A stretch of DNA of 64,000 nucleotides from Wocania sp. (GCA_965224845.1 CBDDAJ010000036.1:32724-96723); one strand, 5' to 3'. Shown: positions 41,630 to 52,188, counted from the stretch's first letter. Program-made: numbers and translations. Notes: generated from the sequence alone by a model not told the origin.

Positions 41630-43968
41630 TATCTAACAACCATTAATTTTAGCACTTTGGTTTCAAAAGTATCTAAGTCGGATAGCATAACTAAATACAC
41701 CCCCGAGGCTACAACACGATTTGCAAGGTTTTTTCCATTCCAATAGGCTGTTCCTCCATCAATTTCCAGGTTATATCCTCTATATCGAAGATTATTTCTC
41801 GATTGTGCTTCAGCCACTAAATTGCCCTCGATGTCTGTTATTTTAATGTTTACATTTTCAGAAATGTCTTTAATTTTTACTTTTTCATCTACAATATTAA
41901 ATGAAGGTCTTACTGGATTAGGGTAAGCATACGCTTTTTCTAAATCGTCTAATGGACTTGAACCTCCAGAACGAAACGACACTAAGCCTTTATTTGTTGC
42001 TATGTAAACAATTCCATTAGCATCGTCTAAAGAAATATCATTTATTGTATTTGACGGTAGAGGCGAATTCTCTTTTGTAAAATGGAATATCGTTTTTTGC
42101 CCATCTGAAGAAAAATAAAATAAGCCAGAATCAGCCGTTCCAATCCATTTATTGTTTGATCCATCAACTTCAATATCTTTAATTAATTGCTCAAACAATA
42201 GTTCCTTAGCAATGCCTCCTTCTTCAATAATTATTTCTTCGGCACGAATATTTTCTTCGGTAAAAAAATTAGAGGTATTATAAATAACTCTTAACCCTCT
42301 ATCGGTTCCTACCCACAATTGGTTCCTTTTATCAATAGCAACTGCTGTTGCAATAGAAGATGGCATGTTTTCTTCTTCACTACTAATGCTTTTTAGCAAA
42401 GGGGTTCCGTTATTTTCTTTAAAGCCTATAAGACCATTCCAATAACCCGCTATCCATTTAGTGTCATCGTTCCCGATAACAATATTCCCGAATCCTAATT
42501 CAGTTCTAAATTGTGTAAAATCAAATGATTGCCATTGGTTATTACTTGGGTTATATGACTTTAAAGGTTTTTCAACTTGGCTTGTAAGTGTCCATAAAAC
42601 ACCATTTCTATCAAAGGCGGATGGCCCAATCCTTATGTCGACATAATTTGGGTTTCCAGGTAAAACTAAAGACTCTAAAGCGCTATTGGTTTCATTATAT
42701 AGCATACTTGGAACCTCATCATTTATTTCTAATAATCCACTAAAATAAGAACCTATAAACACCTGATTCGTATTAGAAGGGTTTATGGTAATGGCATTTA
42801 AACACTTGGCATCTAAAACAGTTTCGTAAGGCAGGTTAACCCAAGTATCTTCTTTAAAATGACTAATTCCTCTATTGTTTAATGGATATGGATTATAAAA
42901 AAATGTGTGCTCTCCAAAAGTAACCCATAAATCGTTTTGCCCGGTTTGAATTGAAAAAGGTATGTTTAATAAAGGGCCTTCAGGATGAATTTCTTCATAC
43001 ACCATTGGATTAGATATAAGTGTTTTTAAAACCCCAAAATCTTTAGTACCAATATATAGTGACTCTGAATCTGTAATTGCTGTTGCATAAGTGGTATCAA
43101 AACTACTACTTACATTTGCTTGAGACAATAAATTAAAATTACTATCATAAACAAATGTGCTGTTTTTTGTTGTAACTAATAGCCTATTATTTGTTGCTTT
43201 TACGTCAACAGGCACATCGGCAAATTGAAACAATTCTGTTAAAACATCATTTACTACCTGATAAATGCTTCTGTTTGTTCTAATAGCATACAATTGATCT
43301 GCTACAGACTGAACTGCTAAAAAATCACCATTAGATACGGTTTGCCAGTTTTGATAATCAATTAAATTTGGGCTGGATATTTGAGCCTTTTTTAGTCCGC
43401 TACCATCTAAACAAGCAGCATAAATATAATCTCCTAAAACAGTGGTTTGATTAACTCGAATTTGGCTTCCTAAATTCCCTATAAAATAAGTATCTCCAAA
43501 TTCTAATCGGTCTAAATTAAAGACAGATATTCCGTAGTTTGTAGAAATATAAACCCCATTATTGTAGGCAAAAAAATGATTTATTCTTTTATCATTTCCC
43601 GGTATTGTTGTTTTTTCTATAATATCAACTACAGTAAGTATGTCATCATCATTATCAAAAGCGATCTCTATTAATCCGTTTTCATACCCGATAAGCAACA
43701 GTTCGTAAGTTTCACTATAATAAATAGTTGATATCGTTTCTCCGGACAATCCATTAACAGTAGATAGTTTATTTAGCTCGTTAGTTTGTACATCTATGCT
43801 AAAAATAGCATTTTCGGCTGCTGCATAAATTTTATTATTTCCTTTAGTAACATCTTTTATATTATTATATGAAAAATGACCGTCCCAAAGTGCCGAAAAG
43901 TCTTGGGCGAATTGCAAAAAAGGCATGCAACACATTATAAATACAACCAGTCTTTTAAACATATACAT
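41629..43968 (-). CDS. Secreted beta-propeller (two-component-regulator-propeller-like repeats) protein with T9SS C-terminal domain
   Basis: Signal peptide. Repeated about 40-aa propeller blades. C-terminal sorting-domain-like tail. Confidence 0.55.
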   Translation of the reverse strand: MYMFKRLVVFIMCCMPFLQFAQDFSALWDGHFSYNNIKDVTKGNNKIYAAAENAIFSIDVQTNELNKLSTVNGLSGETISTIYYSETYELLLIGYENGLIEIAFDNDDDILTVVDIIEKTTIPGNDKRINHFFAYNNGVYISTNYGISVFNLDRLEFGDTYFIGNLGSQIRVNQTTVLGDYIYAACLDGSGLKKAQISSPNLIDYQNWQTVSNGDFLAVQSVADQLYAIRTNRSIYQVVNDVLTELFQFADVPVDVKATNNRLLVTTKNSTFVYDSNFNLLSQANVSSSFDTTYATAITDSESLYIGTKDFGVLKTLISNPMVYEEIHPEGPLLNIPFSIQTGQNDLWVTFGEHTFFYNPYPLNNRGISHFKEDTWVNLPYETVLDAKCLNAITINPSNTNQVFIGSYFSGLLEINDEVPSMLYNETNSALESLVLPGNPNYVDIRIGPSAFDRNGVLWTLTSQVEKPLKSYNPSNNQWQSFDFTQFRTELGFGNIVIGNDDTKWIAGYWNGLIGFKENNGTPLLKSISSEEENMPSSIATAVAIDKRNQLWVGTDRGLRVIYNTSNFFTEENIRAEEIIIEEGGIAKELLFEQLIKDIEVDGSNNKWIGTADSGLFYFSSDGQKTIFHFTKENSPLPSNTINDISLDDANGIVYIATNKGLVSFRSGGSSPLDDLEKAYAYPNPVRPSFNIVDEKVKIKDISENVNIKITDIEGNLVAEAQSRNNLRYRGYNLEIDGGTAYWNGKNLANRVVASGVYLVMLSDLDTFETKVLKLMVVR

Positions 43969-44081
43969 TTTTTCTAAAGGCTAAGATATTTATAACTAAC
44001 GAATTTTACTTTAAAATCATATAAATTAAAAAAAAAGCTTCCTAAAAATTAGGAAGCTTTTCAATATGAATCAAGGGTATA

Positions 44082-45425
44082 TTAAACAATGCCCTGTGCT
44101 AACATAGCATCGGCTACCTTAACAAATCCAGCAATATTTGCACCTTTTACGTAATCTATATAACCCGCTTCGTCCTTTCCGTATTCGATACAAGAATCGT
44201 GAATATTAGACATGATTTCTTTTAGCTTATTATCAACCTCTTCTCTTGTCCAATTAAACCTTAAAGAGTTTTGAGTCATTTCTAATCCTGAAGTTGCAAC
44301 TCCACCGGCATTTGAGGCTTTTCCTGGTGCAAATAATATTTTAGCATTATGAAAAGCAGCAATAGCTTCTTTTGTTGATGGCATATTAGCGCCTTCGCTA
44401 ACACAAATACAACCCTGAGCTAAAAGTGTATTGGCATCCTCCTCATTAAGTTCGTTTTGTGTTGCACATGGTAAAGCAATATCACATTTTACTCCCCAAG
44501 GTGTTTTCCCTTTAACAAACTCTGCATTTGGATACTTTTTAATGTATTCACTAATTCTAGCTCGTTTTACATTTTTAAGCGCCATTACATGAGCCAATTT
44601 TTCAGTATCAATACCCTCAGCATCATAGATATATCCTGATGAATCAGACATTGTTAATACTTTTGCTCCTAACTGTAATGATTTTTCAACAGCAAATTGA
44701 GCTACATTACCAGACCCAGAAACTACTACATTTTTATTTGTTAAGTTATCTCCTCGTGTACTTAACATTTTTTCAGCAAAATATACGGTACCATAACCTG
44801 TTGCTTCCGGACGTATTAAAGACCCCCCCCAGGACATTCCTTTTCCAGTTAAAACACCAGTAAATTCATTTCTTAGTTTTTTATACATTCCAAATAAAAA
44901 GCCTATTTCTCTTCCTCCAACGCCTATATCGCCAGCTGGAACATCAGTATTTGGACCAATATGTCTGAATAATTCGCTCATAAATGCATGACAAAAACGC
45001 ATAATTTCGTTATCAGACTTGCCCTTAGGATCGAAATCTGAACCACCTTTACCACCACCCATTGGTAATGTTGTTAGCGAGTTTTTAAACACTTGTTCAA
45101 AAGCTAAAAACTTTAAAATACTGGCATTTACTGTAGGGTGAAAACGTAAGCCCCCTTTGTAAGGGCCTATAGCAGAATTCATTTGAACCCTATAGCCTCT
45201 GTTTACTTGAATCTCTCCTTGGTCATCTACCCAAGACACCCTAAACGAAATTAACCGTTCTGGTTCTACCATTCTTAAAAGAATGTTTTTTCCATAATAA
45301 ATGTCGTGTTTAACAATGTAAGGGATTACTGTTTCAGCAACTTCCTCTACAGCTTGTAAAAATTCCGGTTCATGACCATTACGCTCTTTTACCAGATCTA
45401 AAAATGCTTCAATATTATTTTTCAT
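44082..45425 (-). CDS. gdhA: NADP-specific glutamate dehydrogenase
   Basis: Highly conserved Glu/Leu/Phe/Val dehydrogenase sequence (…KGGSDFDPKGKSDNEIMRF…). Confidence 0.95.
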   Translation of the reverse strand: MKNNIEAFLDLVKERNGHEPEFLQAVEEVAETVIPYIVKHDIYYGKNILLRMVEPERLISFRVSWVDDQGEIQVNRGYRVQMNSAIGPYKGGLRFHPTVNASILKFLAFEQVFKNSLTTLPMGGGKGGSDFDPKGKSDNEIMRFCHAFMSELFRHIGPNTDVPAGDIGVGGREIGFLFGMYKKLRNEFTGVLTGKGMSWGGSLIRPEATGYGTVYFAEKMLSTRGDNLTNKNVVVSGSGNVAQFAVEKSLQLGAKVLTMSDSSGYIYDAEGIDTEKLAHVMALKNVKRARISEYIKKYPNAEFVKGKTPWGVKCDIALPCATQNELNEEDANTLLAQGCICVSEGANMPSTKEAIAAFHNAKILFAPGKASNAGGVATSGLEMTQNSLRFNWTREEVDNKLKEIMSNIHDSCIEYGKDEAGYIDYVKGANIAGFVKVADAMLAQGIV

Positions 45426-45626
45426 TTATACGAATTGTATTACTTAATTATAAACAACATAATTTTAAAGCGCAAATATACGTTATCTTTAAAAATTACA
45501 TCGTTTTTTTTTGAAATTCATAATCAATAATTTTTTAGTGTTTTTTTCAAAATGTTCAAATATTTGTTTGTTAATCGAGTTTTTATATATTTGTTACCAT
45601 AATGCCTCAAAAAACAAAACCTTATT

Positions 45627-46454
45627 ATGCTTAACTTGAAACATTTAGCTTCAGCTTTTTGCTTGTTTGTCGTCTATCAAACAGCATATTCTCAATTAGG
45701 TTTTTCACACGAAATAGGCGTTATTGCTGGTCCCGTAGAATTTAGATCAGATTTTGGTAGCCGAAATGATGAAAAAACAAATTTTGGCAACTCTGGGTTT
45801 GGTATAGGTATTGTTCATTATATCAACTTTTCATACCGGGCCGATTGTAACTGCTATACAACAGATACTTATTTTAACGACCATTTTAAAGTAAGAAACG
45901 AAATCTCGTGGAACAAAACTACTTTAAATCATCATGGAGAGTGGGTAGCCCCTAATCGAACTACTCCAAATGCAGATAAATTAAGAGCACATTCGGGTGT
46001 TGCTCAAAATTTTGATATTGGAACTCAACTTGAATTTTTTCCTAAAAGTATTCGTGAATTCCAGTCTTTTAGTTATCGAATAGCACCTTTTGCCAGTTTA
46101 GGTGTACATTATACCTCTTTTTCTCCAAAAGCCAGCACAACTTATGGCGATACTACCGATCCTAATTATAGAGGCGTTTTTGATCAGGCTAATATTTATT
46201 CACATTGGTTTGACAATTTTGATCCTGCTGTAGATCCATACCCTGTAAATGTAAATGGGGGCAGTACATGGTCTCTAGTTGCAAGTGCAGGCTTTCGATA
46301 TAAGCTTGATAAATTATCCGATTTAATGCTCGACTTTAGGTGGCAATATTATTTTAGTGATTGGGTTGATGGTCTAAACCATAAATTAGATTATAACAAA
46401 TACAACGATTGGCTTTTATGGGTTAATGTGGGCTATATTTATTATTTAGACTAA
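45627..46454 (+). CDS. Hypothetical secreted/outer-membrane beta-barrel-like protein
   Basis: Signal peptide. Alternating aromatic pattern. Ends in an aromatic-rich strand. Confidence 0.4.
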   Translation: MLNLKHLASAFCLFVVYQTAYSQLGFSHEIGVIAGPVEFRSDFGSRNDEKTNFGNSGFGIGIVHYINFSYRADCNCYTTDTYFNDHFKVRNEISWNKTTLNHHGEWVAPNRTTPNADKLRAHSGVAQNFDIGTQLEFFPKSIREFQSFSYRIAPFASLGVHYTSFSPKASTTYGDTTDPNYRGVFDQANIYSHWFDNFDPAVDPYPVNVNGGSTWSLVASAGFRYKLDKLSDLMLDFRWQYYFSDWVDGLNHKLDYNKYNDWLLWVNVGYIYYLD

Positions 46455-46466
46455 ATAGGTGTTTTT

Positions 46467-47606
46467 TTAACCTAATGCCTGTTTTAAGTCGGCAATCAAA
46501 TCATCAATATCTTCAATGCCTACGCTTAATCTAATTAACGAGTCTACAACACCTGTTTTTTCTCTTTCTTCTTTTGGTATACTAGCATGCGTCATACTTG
46601 CCGGGTGCCCAGAAAGCGATTCTACACCTCCTAACGATTCTGCCAAAGTAAAAACTTTCAGTTTTTCAACAACCTTAATTGCCTCCTCATAATTATTTCC
46701 CTTTGAAGTGAATGAAATCATGCCCCCAAAACCTTTCATTTGAGATTTGGCAATATCATAGTTAGGATGGCTCTCAAACCCTGGCCAGTACACCTTTTCT
46801 ACCTTAGGATGGTTGGCCAAATATTCGGCTATGGCTTTACCATTCTCACAATGGCGTTGCATTCTTACATGTAATGTTTTTATCCCCCTCAAAACCAAAA
46901 AACTATCTTGAGGCCCACAAATAGCTCCGCTAGCATTTTGTATAAAATACAGTTTATCTGCCAATGCCTTATCGTTTACAACAAGGGCTCCCATAACAAC
47001 ATCGCTATGTCCTCCAAGGTATTTAGTTGCAGAGTGCATTACAATATCTGCTCCTAAATTAAGTGGTTGTTGTAAATAGGGTGTAGCAAATGTATTATCT
47101 ACAGCTAGTAAAACATCGTGCCTCTTCGCTATTGCAGATACTGCTTTAATATCAATAATAGTCATCATTGGATTGGTTGGTGTTTCAACCCAAATTAGTT
47201 TAGTATTGGTATTAATATACGATTCCATATTTAAAGTATTTTCCATACCTATAAAATGGAATTTGATACCAAAATCTTGAAAAATCTTAGTAAACAACCT
47301 AAAAGAACCACCATACAAATCATTGGTCGATATTACTTCGTCACCAGGTTTTAAAAGCTTTATTACCGCATCAATAGCAGCAAGACCAGACCCAAAAGCA
47401 AGTCCGTAGTTTCCGTTTTCAATACTAGCAAATGCATTTTCTAATGCATGCCTGGTAGGGTTATGTGTTCTGGAGTATTCATAGCCTTTATGTCTACCTG
47501 GAGTCGTTTGAGCGTATGTGGTTGTTTGATATATTGGAGGCATTACTGCACCGTAAGCCGCATCATGTTTTTGTCCTCCGTGAATAACTTTTGTGTTAAA
47601 TTTCAT
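46467..47606 (-). CDS. Cys/Met-metabolism PLP-dependent enzyme (cystathionine gamma-synthase/lyase family)
   Basis: Motifs YSRTHNPT, ETPTNP, HSATKYLGGH (PLP-lysine). Confidence 0.85.
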   Translation of the reverse strand: MKFNTKVIHGGQKHDAAYGAVMPPIYQTTTYAQTTPGRHKGYEYSRTHNPTRHALENAFASIENGNYGLAFGSGLAAIDAVIKLLKPGDEVISTNDLYGGSFRLFTKIFQDFGIKFHFIGMENTLNMESYINTNTKLIWVETPTNPMMTIIDIKAVSAIAKRHDVLLAVDNTFATPYLQQPLNLGADIVMHSATKYLGGHSDVVMGALVVNDKALADKLYFIQNASGAICGPQDSFLVLRGIKTLHVRMQRHCENGKAIAEYLANHPKVEKVYWPGFESHPNYDIAKSQMKGFGGMISFTSKGNNYEEAIKVVEKLKVFTLAESLGGVESLSGHPASMTHASIPKEEREKTGVVDSLIRLSVGIEDIDDLIADLKQALG

Positions 47607-47695
47607 TACTAATTAATCTTTACTACAAATTTAACTTTTAATTCATTCTATTCAAATGCAATAATTATCTTTATCAATAGTTTATACTACTAGCT

Positions 47696-48415
47696 ATGTT
47701 TAAAAACAAACCCCTTTTAATTATATGCCTTTTTTATATGCTTTTTAGCTGTAAAAAAGACATCTCAATTAGTTTCTCAGAAACAAATTTTACTTCAAAA
47801 AGCAATACTATCGTTGCCGTTAATATCCCCTTAGTTAACGAAAATAGCGCCCCAGCCAAATCTATAAATTTAGCTATTGAGAACTATGTGATCACTGCCT
47901 TACAAATTGGCGATTCTGATCAATCAATTACCACATCTGTTGAAGAAAGTATTGAGGGTTTTAATTTAGCCTATACAGATTTTATAAACGATTTTCCTGA
48001 AAGCGCTCAAGCATGGGAAGCTCAAATTGATGGCGAAGTTATTTTTAAAACACGAGATATTATAAGCGTTTCTTTAACGTCTTATATTAATACCGGTGGC
48101 GCTCATGGCAATTTAAATATCTCATTTTTAAATTTTGATGGCTCTACAGGGAAATTGATAGATAATAATGCATTGATTACAGATAGTACGGCTTTTAAAG
48201 GTATTGCTAAAATACATTTTGATGCTTCTGTAGAAGACAAAGAGCTTCTTTTTGATAACGAAACTTTTAATCTACCTGAAAATATAGGATATAGTGATGA
48301 TGGCATTATTTTGCTTTATAACCCCTACGAAATTGCTCCCTATGCTACGGGAATAATCGAATTCTCTATTCCTTTTGAAGAGGCAAAACCATTCTTAGCT
48401 TTTAATAGCTTTTAA
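47696..48415 (+). CDS. DUF3298/DUF4163-type (RsiV-like) lipoprotein
   Basis: Lipobox LFSC. Two-domain pattern. Confidence 0.5.
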   Translation: MFKNKPLLIICLFYMLFSCKKDISISFSETNFTSKSNTIVAVNIPLVNENSAPAKSINLAIENYVITALQIGDSDQSITTSVEESIEGFNLAYTDFINDFPESAQAWEAQIDGEVIFKTRDIISVSLTSYINTGGAHGNLNISFLNFDGSTGKLIDNNALITDSTAFKGIAKIHFDASVEDKELLFDNETFNLPENIGYSDDGIILLYNPYEIAPYATGIIEFSIPFEEAKPFLAFNSF

Positions 48416-48859
48416 TAATGCTAAAACATAACCATAATGAATGCCTTCATGGGCTAATATAAATTGTAAAGCATCATCAATATTAGTTAATGTATTACCC
48501 GTTGTAGAAACAGTATACGCATTATATGTTTTAAAAACACCTTTACTATAATCGGCCTCTGTTTTTGCTATTGTAGAAAACAATAACCCTTTTATTTCAT
48601 TAACATCTTCTTGAGTTACATCGCTTTCTGGTTTGGTATCTTTCCTGTACTTATTAATCATCTCATCTGAAAGTGTAGATGATAACCCCGACAGTTTATA
48701 GGCCAGTAATTGTTCTGAAACCACAACATGAGCAATATTCCAGATGATATTGTTATTAAAATCTTTTGGTATTTTGTTTAAATCTTCTAAAGACGTTTCT
48801 TCAATTATTTTACTAAAAATTACTCGGATATGATGTATAACCTGGAATGTAAAATCCAT
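48395..48859 (-). CDS. DinB/YfiT-like (DinB_2) four-helix-bundle protein
   Basis: 154 aa. Putative His metal ligands in a helical bundle. Confidence 0.55.
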   Translation of the reverse strand: MDFTFQVIHHIRVIFSKIIEETSLEDLNKIPKDFNNNIIWNIAHVVVSEQLLAYKLSGLSSTLSDEMINKYRKDTKPESDVTQEDVNEIKGLLFSTIAKTEADYSKGVFKTYNAYTVSTTGNTLTNIDDALQFILAHEGIHYGYVLALLKAIKS

Positions 48860-49062
48860 ATGATTTATTTTTTCGATAAATATAGTATTTATGATATAAT
48901 TGCCTTTATTTGTTGTTGAAATTTTTTAGATTACCTTCTTCAAGGAAATGACAAATTAAATAACTTATGAAAGCCCATAATGGGCATTAAATTAGGCAAT
49001 GGGCAATACCCACTGAAATAATTAAATAACTGAAAAACATATTGTTACAAAAATTCAAATAG

Positions 49063-49419
49063 ATGAAAAAAGTATATTATTTAAAGACCTGCAGTACCTG
49101 CATTAGAATTTTAAAGGATCTAAACCTGTCTTCTGAATTTATTTTACAGGATATTAAAACCGAAGATATTACGGTTAAACAACTGGAACAAATGGAAGCT
49201 TTAGCAGGCAGCTATGAAGCGCTTTTTAGTAAACGTGCTAAGCGCTACAAAGAAATGGATTTAAAAAACCAACAATTGCAAGAGCGCGATTACAAACACT
49301 ATATTTTAGAGCACTATACTTTTTTAAGCAGACCCGTAATTATTATTGACGATGCCATTTTTATTGGCAATTCTAAAAACAATATTGAAGCTGTTAAATT
49401 AGCGCTTTCAAAAAGTTGA
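49063..49419 (+). CDS. ArsC/Spx-family thioredoxin-fold protein (CxxC: CSTC)
   Basis: MKKVYYLKTCSTCIRILKDL is an ArsC-family N-terminus. 118 aa. Confidence 0.7.
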   Translation: MKKVYYLKTCSTCIRILKDLNLSSEFILQDIKTEDITVKQLEQMEALAGSYEALFSKRAKRYKEMDLKNQQLQERDYKHYILEHYTFLSRPVIIIDDAIFIGNSKNNIEAVKLALSKS

Positions 49420-49422
49420 ATT

Positions 49423-51264
49423 ATGAAAAACAATAATGTGCTAAATTATATTAAAGATGTATTAGAACACATGCCGTCTGACTGGCTGAACCTAACAACA
49501 CATCGACTGGATATTTATGATGAAACATTAGCCAAAACTCAATTCTTAGATCAGTTTGAACTCTTATTCAAAGCCAACAACTCTAAGACGTCGGCTCTAA
49601 GTAAATTACCCACCGCCTACGACTATATTCGATTAGGCCATCCTTTATCTTGTATACTAGAATGGGGAATTGCCAGCTTAAACAAGCTAAAACCAGAAAA
49701 TGTAATCAGCTTTTCTTCAAAGACCATACCCATTCTAGCCATTCTAAGAAAAAATTTACTTGACAACAAAAGCACACAAATTATCTATACAGGCGAATTA
49801 CCTGTTTTTTTTGATGCAGAGTTACTAAAAAACATTTATGGTTATGATTTTGATCTAAAGCGTATTGAAAAAACGGATGAGATTTCTCAGTTTAACGGCA
49901 GTACCATTTTTATATCGCAACAAAATAAGATCAGCAATATTAACCTCTATCCGAATATTGATTTTTTCATTAGTAATTACTCACAGCTTGGGAGTATTTT
50001 GTTAGTAAATGGCGAACAGAACAAAAGTTATATCTCAGAAATTCAACATGTTAGAAGAAGAGAAACCATTGCGATGACGCCAGATAATTGTTTGATGGCC
50101 TTAAAATCTCTAACCCAGCAGTCTCCTTTTGATATTGATAATAATGCAGAAACCGGCAAAACGATTGTTTTAGACTCAATTGCAGCCATTACCGGTACCA
50201 CTACAAAGCCACTAGTTGGTTCTAGTGGACTATCTATTCAATACGCGATTATGATGGGGCTCGTACACGATGCATTAGAAAATCATAAAGGTAAGGCTAT
50301 CAAATTTATTGTGCCTCCAAATTGTTATGGCGGAACTAATGACCAAGCAAGGCGAGTTGCTGCATGCATAGATAATGTTGAAGTGGTAGATTTACTAGTT
50401 GATGGTAATAATAATATGGTGAGTAGTATTGATACCATTTTAGATAAAATTGCTAACGAAGATGCTATCCCATACATCATTGCCGAAATACCAACAAACC
50501 CCAGAGTTGAGGTTCCTAATCTTGTAGAACTAAAAGCAGCTTTAGCTAAAGAACGTAAAACGGCTACTGGTAAAATTGCGATAGACCCTGTTTTTATTTT
50601 AGATCAAACATTTTGTCCTAATGTGCTCTTTTTAGGTGAAGGTGAGATCCTCTCTACGGTTAGAGCTATTTCATATGTTAGCGGATCAAAATTCCCTAGT
50701 GGCGGGAAATGTACGGCTGGCTACTGTGTAGGAAATAAAAAAACGGAAGCTTTAATAAAAAAAATAGAAAAGCATCTTATGCTTTGTGATAATAAGGCCA
50801 CTAACCTTCAAATTGAGATATTGGCAAAACAGCTACCGTCTATGAATCAAAGAATACATGATGCCTATAAAAATACTCGTGAATTTGTAAATTTTATCAA
50901 TGAAACCTTACCAGAAGCGAAAATAAATTTTGTATCGCCAGCATTGGCAAAACAAGGATTTACTCCCTCTGTATTTTCATTAGATCTGCCCACTAAAGGT
51001 AATACTACCGAAGAAAAAGAAACTTATAAAAGAGCGTTGAATCTTAAATTAATAAATTTAATGATTACCAAAATTCCTAATGAAAGCAAATACTGTGTAA
51101 GCTATGGGCAGTTACGTGGATGTTATTGGACCATACCGGCAACCTCTACCCAGGGGACCACTAAAGAAGATGATAAAGATTATATTGCGCGTGTAGCTCT
51201 TTCACCTAATCTGGATCTTGAGCTTCATAAAAAAATCTTTTTAGATTTTGTTGGAACAATTTGA
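49423..51264 (+). CDS. Divergent, insertion-expanded homolog of Cys/Met-metabolism PLP-dependent enzymes (613 aa); function unknown
   Basis: Aligns motif-by-motif with the MetB-like gene in this window: YDYIRLGHPL~YEYSRTHNPT, AEIPTNP~VETPTNP, YVSGSKFPSGG~HSATKYLGGH. 4-nt gap after the ArsC-family gene. Confidence 0.4.
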   Translation: MKNNNVLNYIKDVLEHMPSDWLNLTTHRLDIYDETLAKTQFLDQFELLFKANNSKTSALSKLPTAYDYIRLGHPLSCILEWGIASLNKLKPENVISFSSKTIPILAILRKNLLDNKSTQIIYTGELPVFFDAELLKNIYGYDFDLKRIEKTDEISQFNGSTIFISQQNKISNINLYPNIDFFISNYSQLGSILLVNGEQNKSYISEIQHVRRRETIAMTPDNCLMALKSLTQQSPFDIDNNAETGKTIVLDSIAAITGTTTKPLVGSSGLSIQYAIMMGLVHDALENHKGKAIKFIVPPNCYGGTNDQARRVAACIDNVEVVDLLVDGNNNMVSSIDTILDKIANEDAIPYIIAEIPTNPRVEVPNLVELKAALAKERKTATGKIAIDPVFILDQTFCPNVLFLGEGEILSTVRAISYVSGSKFPSGGKCTAGYCVGNKKTEALIKKIEKHLMLCDNKATNLQIEILAKQLPSMNQRIHDAYKNTREFVNFINETLPEAKINFVSPALAKQGFTPSVFSLDLPTKGNTTEEKETYKRALNLKLINLMITKIPNESKYCVSYGQLRGCYWTIPATSTQGTTKEDDKDYIARVALSPNLDLELHKKIFLDFVGTI

Positions 51265-51294
51265 AAATTAATCTGATATTATTTATAACCTTAA

Positions 51295-51386
51295 ATACAA
51301 AAGCTATGATTTATATGTCATAGCTTTTGTTTGTTTTGCTTACTCAATATGGCACCCGACACAGTCGAGCGCTAGCGGGGTTCAAT
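51295..51386. repeat. Junction module copy a: 13-bp-stem hairpin (acaaaagctatga..tcatagcttttgt) plus GC-rich box GGCACCCGACACAGTCGAGCGCTAGCGGGG; marks the island/core boundary
   Basis: Read directly. Same bipartite module recurs at 51645-51763/53174-53212, 53786-53909 and 56575-56695/58106-58148. Confidence 0.8.
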
Positions 51387-51398
51387 TTTTGATATCAA

Positions 51399-51644
51399 CT
51401 AATTTGGACGGTGACCGTTAAGACTATCTTTATTTACCATATTAATACTATCTAATTTTACTTTAATAGAGTCTACTATATTAATATTTTTCTTCTTCAA
51501 ATCAGACTTAATTTCCTGAACAGCTTCAATTGTTTTAACTGAAGCTTTTCCAAACCCAACACTTGCATTATAATAAAAAAATGCTGTTGCTATTAACAAT
51601 AAAACAAATAGCGATATTAATATAATTTTATTTTTTTTCATCAT
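51399..51644 (-). CDS. Small (81 aa) signal-peptide/TM protein; reading frame is open upstream into an rhs-derived YIYDATGVKLKKIVS segment
   Basis: ORF track. Hand translation of the upstream minus strand gives ...SYNISHIYDATGVKLKKIVS directly in frame before MMKKNK. Confidence 0.4.
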   Translation of the reverse strand: MMKKNKIILISLFVLLLIATAFFYYNASVGFGKASVKTIEAVQEIKSDLKKKNINIVDSIKVKLDSINMVNKDSLNGHRPN

Positions 51645-51763
51645 GCTTACTATTTTTTTAAGCTTAACACCAGTGGCATCGTAAATATGAGAAATATTAT
51701 AACTATATGAAATACAAAAGCTACTCTAGTTTTTAGAATAGCTTTTGTTTATTTTGCTTACTC
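51645..51763. repeat. Junction module copy b, hairpin half plus rhs-derived segment (interrupted by IS at 51764)
   Basis: gcttactatttttttaagcttaacaccagtggcatcgtaaat...acaaaagctactctagtttttagaatagcttttgtttattttgcttaCTC. Confidence 0.75.
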
Positions 51764-51802
51764 TGTCTTGTCCTGAAATAGGTTTACACAAAAGTGTAAC
51801 AA

Positions 51803-52180
51803 ATGGAAAGATATACTAAGACATCTTCATCAAAATTTCAAAATAGATATAGTGAAGAGTTCAAACAATTTTTATGTAATGAATTTCTAACGGGAACTGC
51901 AACTAGAAAATCAATCGAAAAGAAGTATAATATAGGTAATAACCAATTGACTGTTTGGTTAAAGAAATTAGGATATGACTATTCAAAACCCAGTATTGTA
52001 CCTTTGCCCTCAATGGCAAATCAACCGGACAAATTATCAAATAAAGAAAAAAACTCTTTATCTCAATTAGAGAAGGAACTTGTAGAAGCTCGATTATTAG
52101 CTGAAACTTATAGGAAAATGATTGAAATTGCAGAGAATGAATTTAAAATAAAGATTGTAAAAAAGTCCAATACCAAGTAA
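51803..52180 (+). CDS. IS3-family transposase OrfA (HTH)
   Basis: 125 aa. HTH plus leucine-zipper-like C-terminus. Slippery AAAAAAG near the 3-prime end. Confidence 0.9.
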   Translation: MERYTKTSSSKFQNRYSEEFKQFLCNEFLTGTATRKSIEKKYNIGNNQLTVWLKKLGYDYSKPSIVPLPSMANQPDKLSNKEKNSLSQLEKELVEARLLAETYRKMIEIAENEFKIKIVKKSNTK

Positions 52181-52188
52181 TCCAAGAG

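Noticed and set aside
51350-51400. tRNA-like T-loop (gcggggttcaa) at the end of the GC-rich box
   Set aside because: No acceptor stem, anticodon arm or CCA context. The resemblance is limited to 7 nt.
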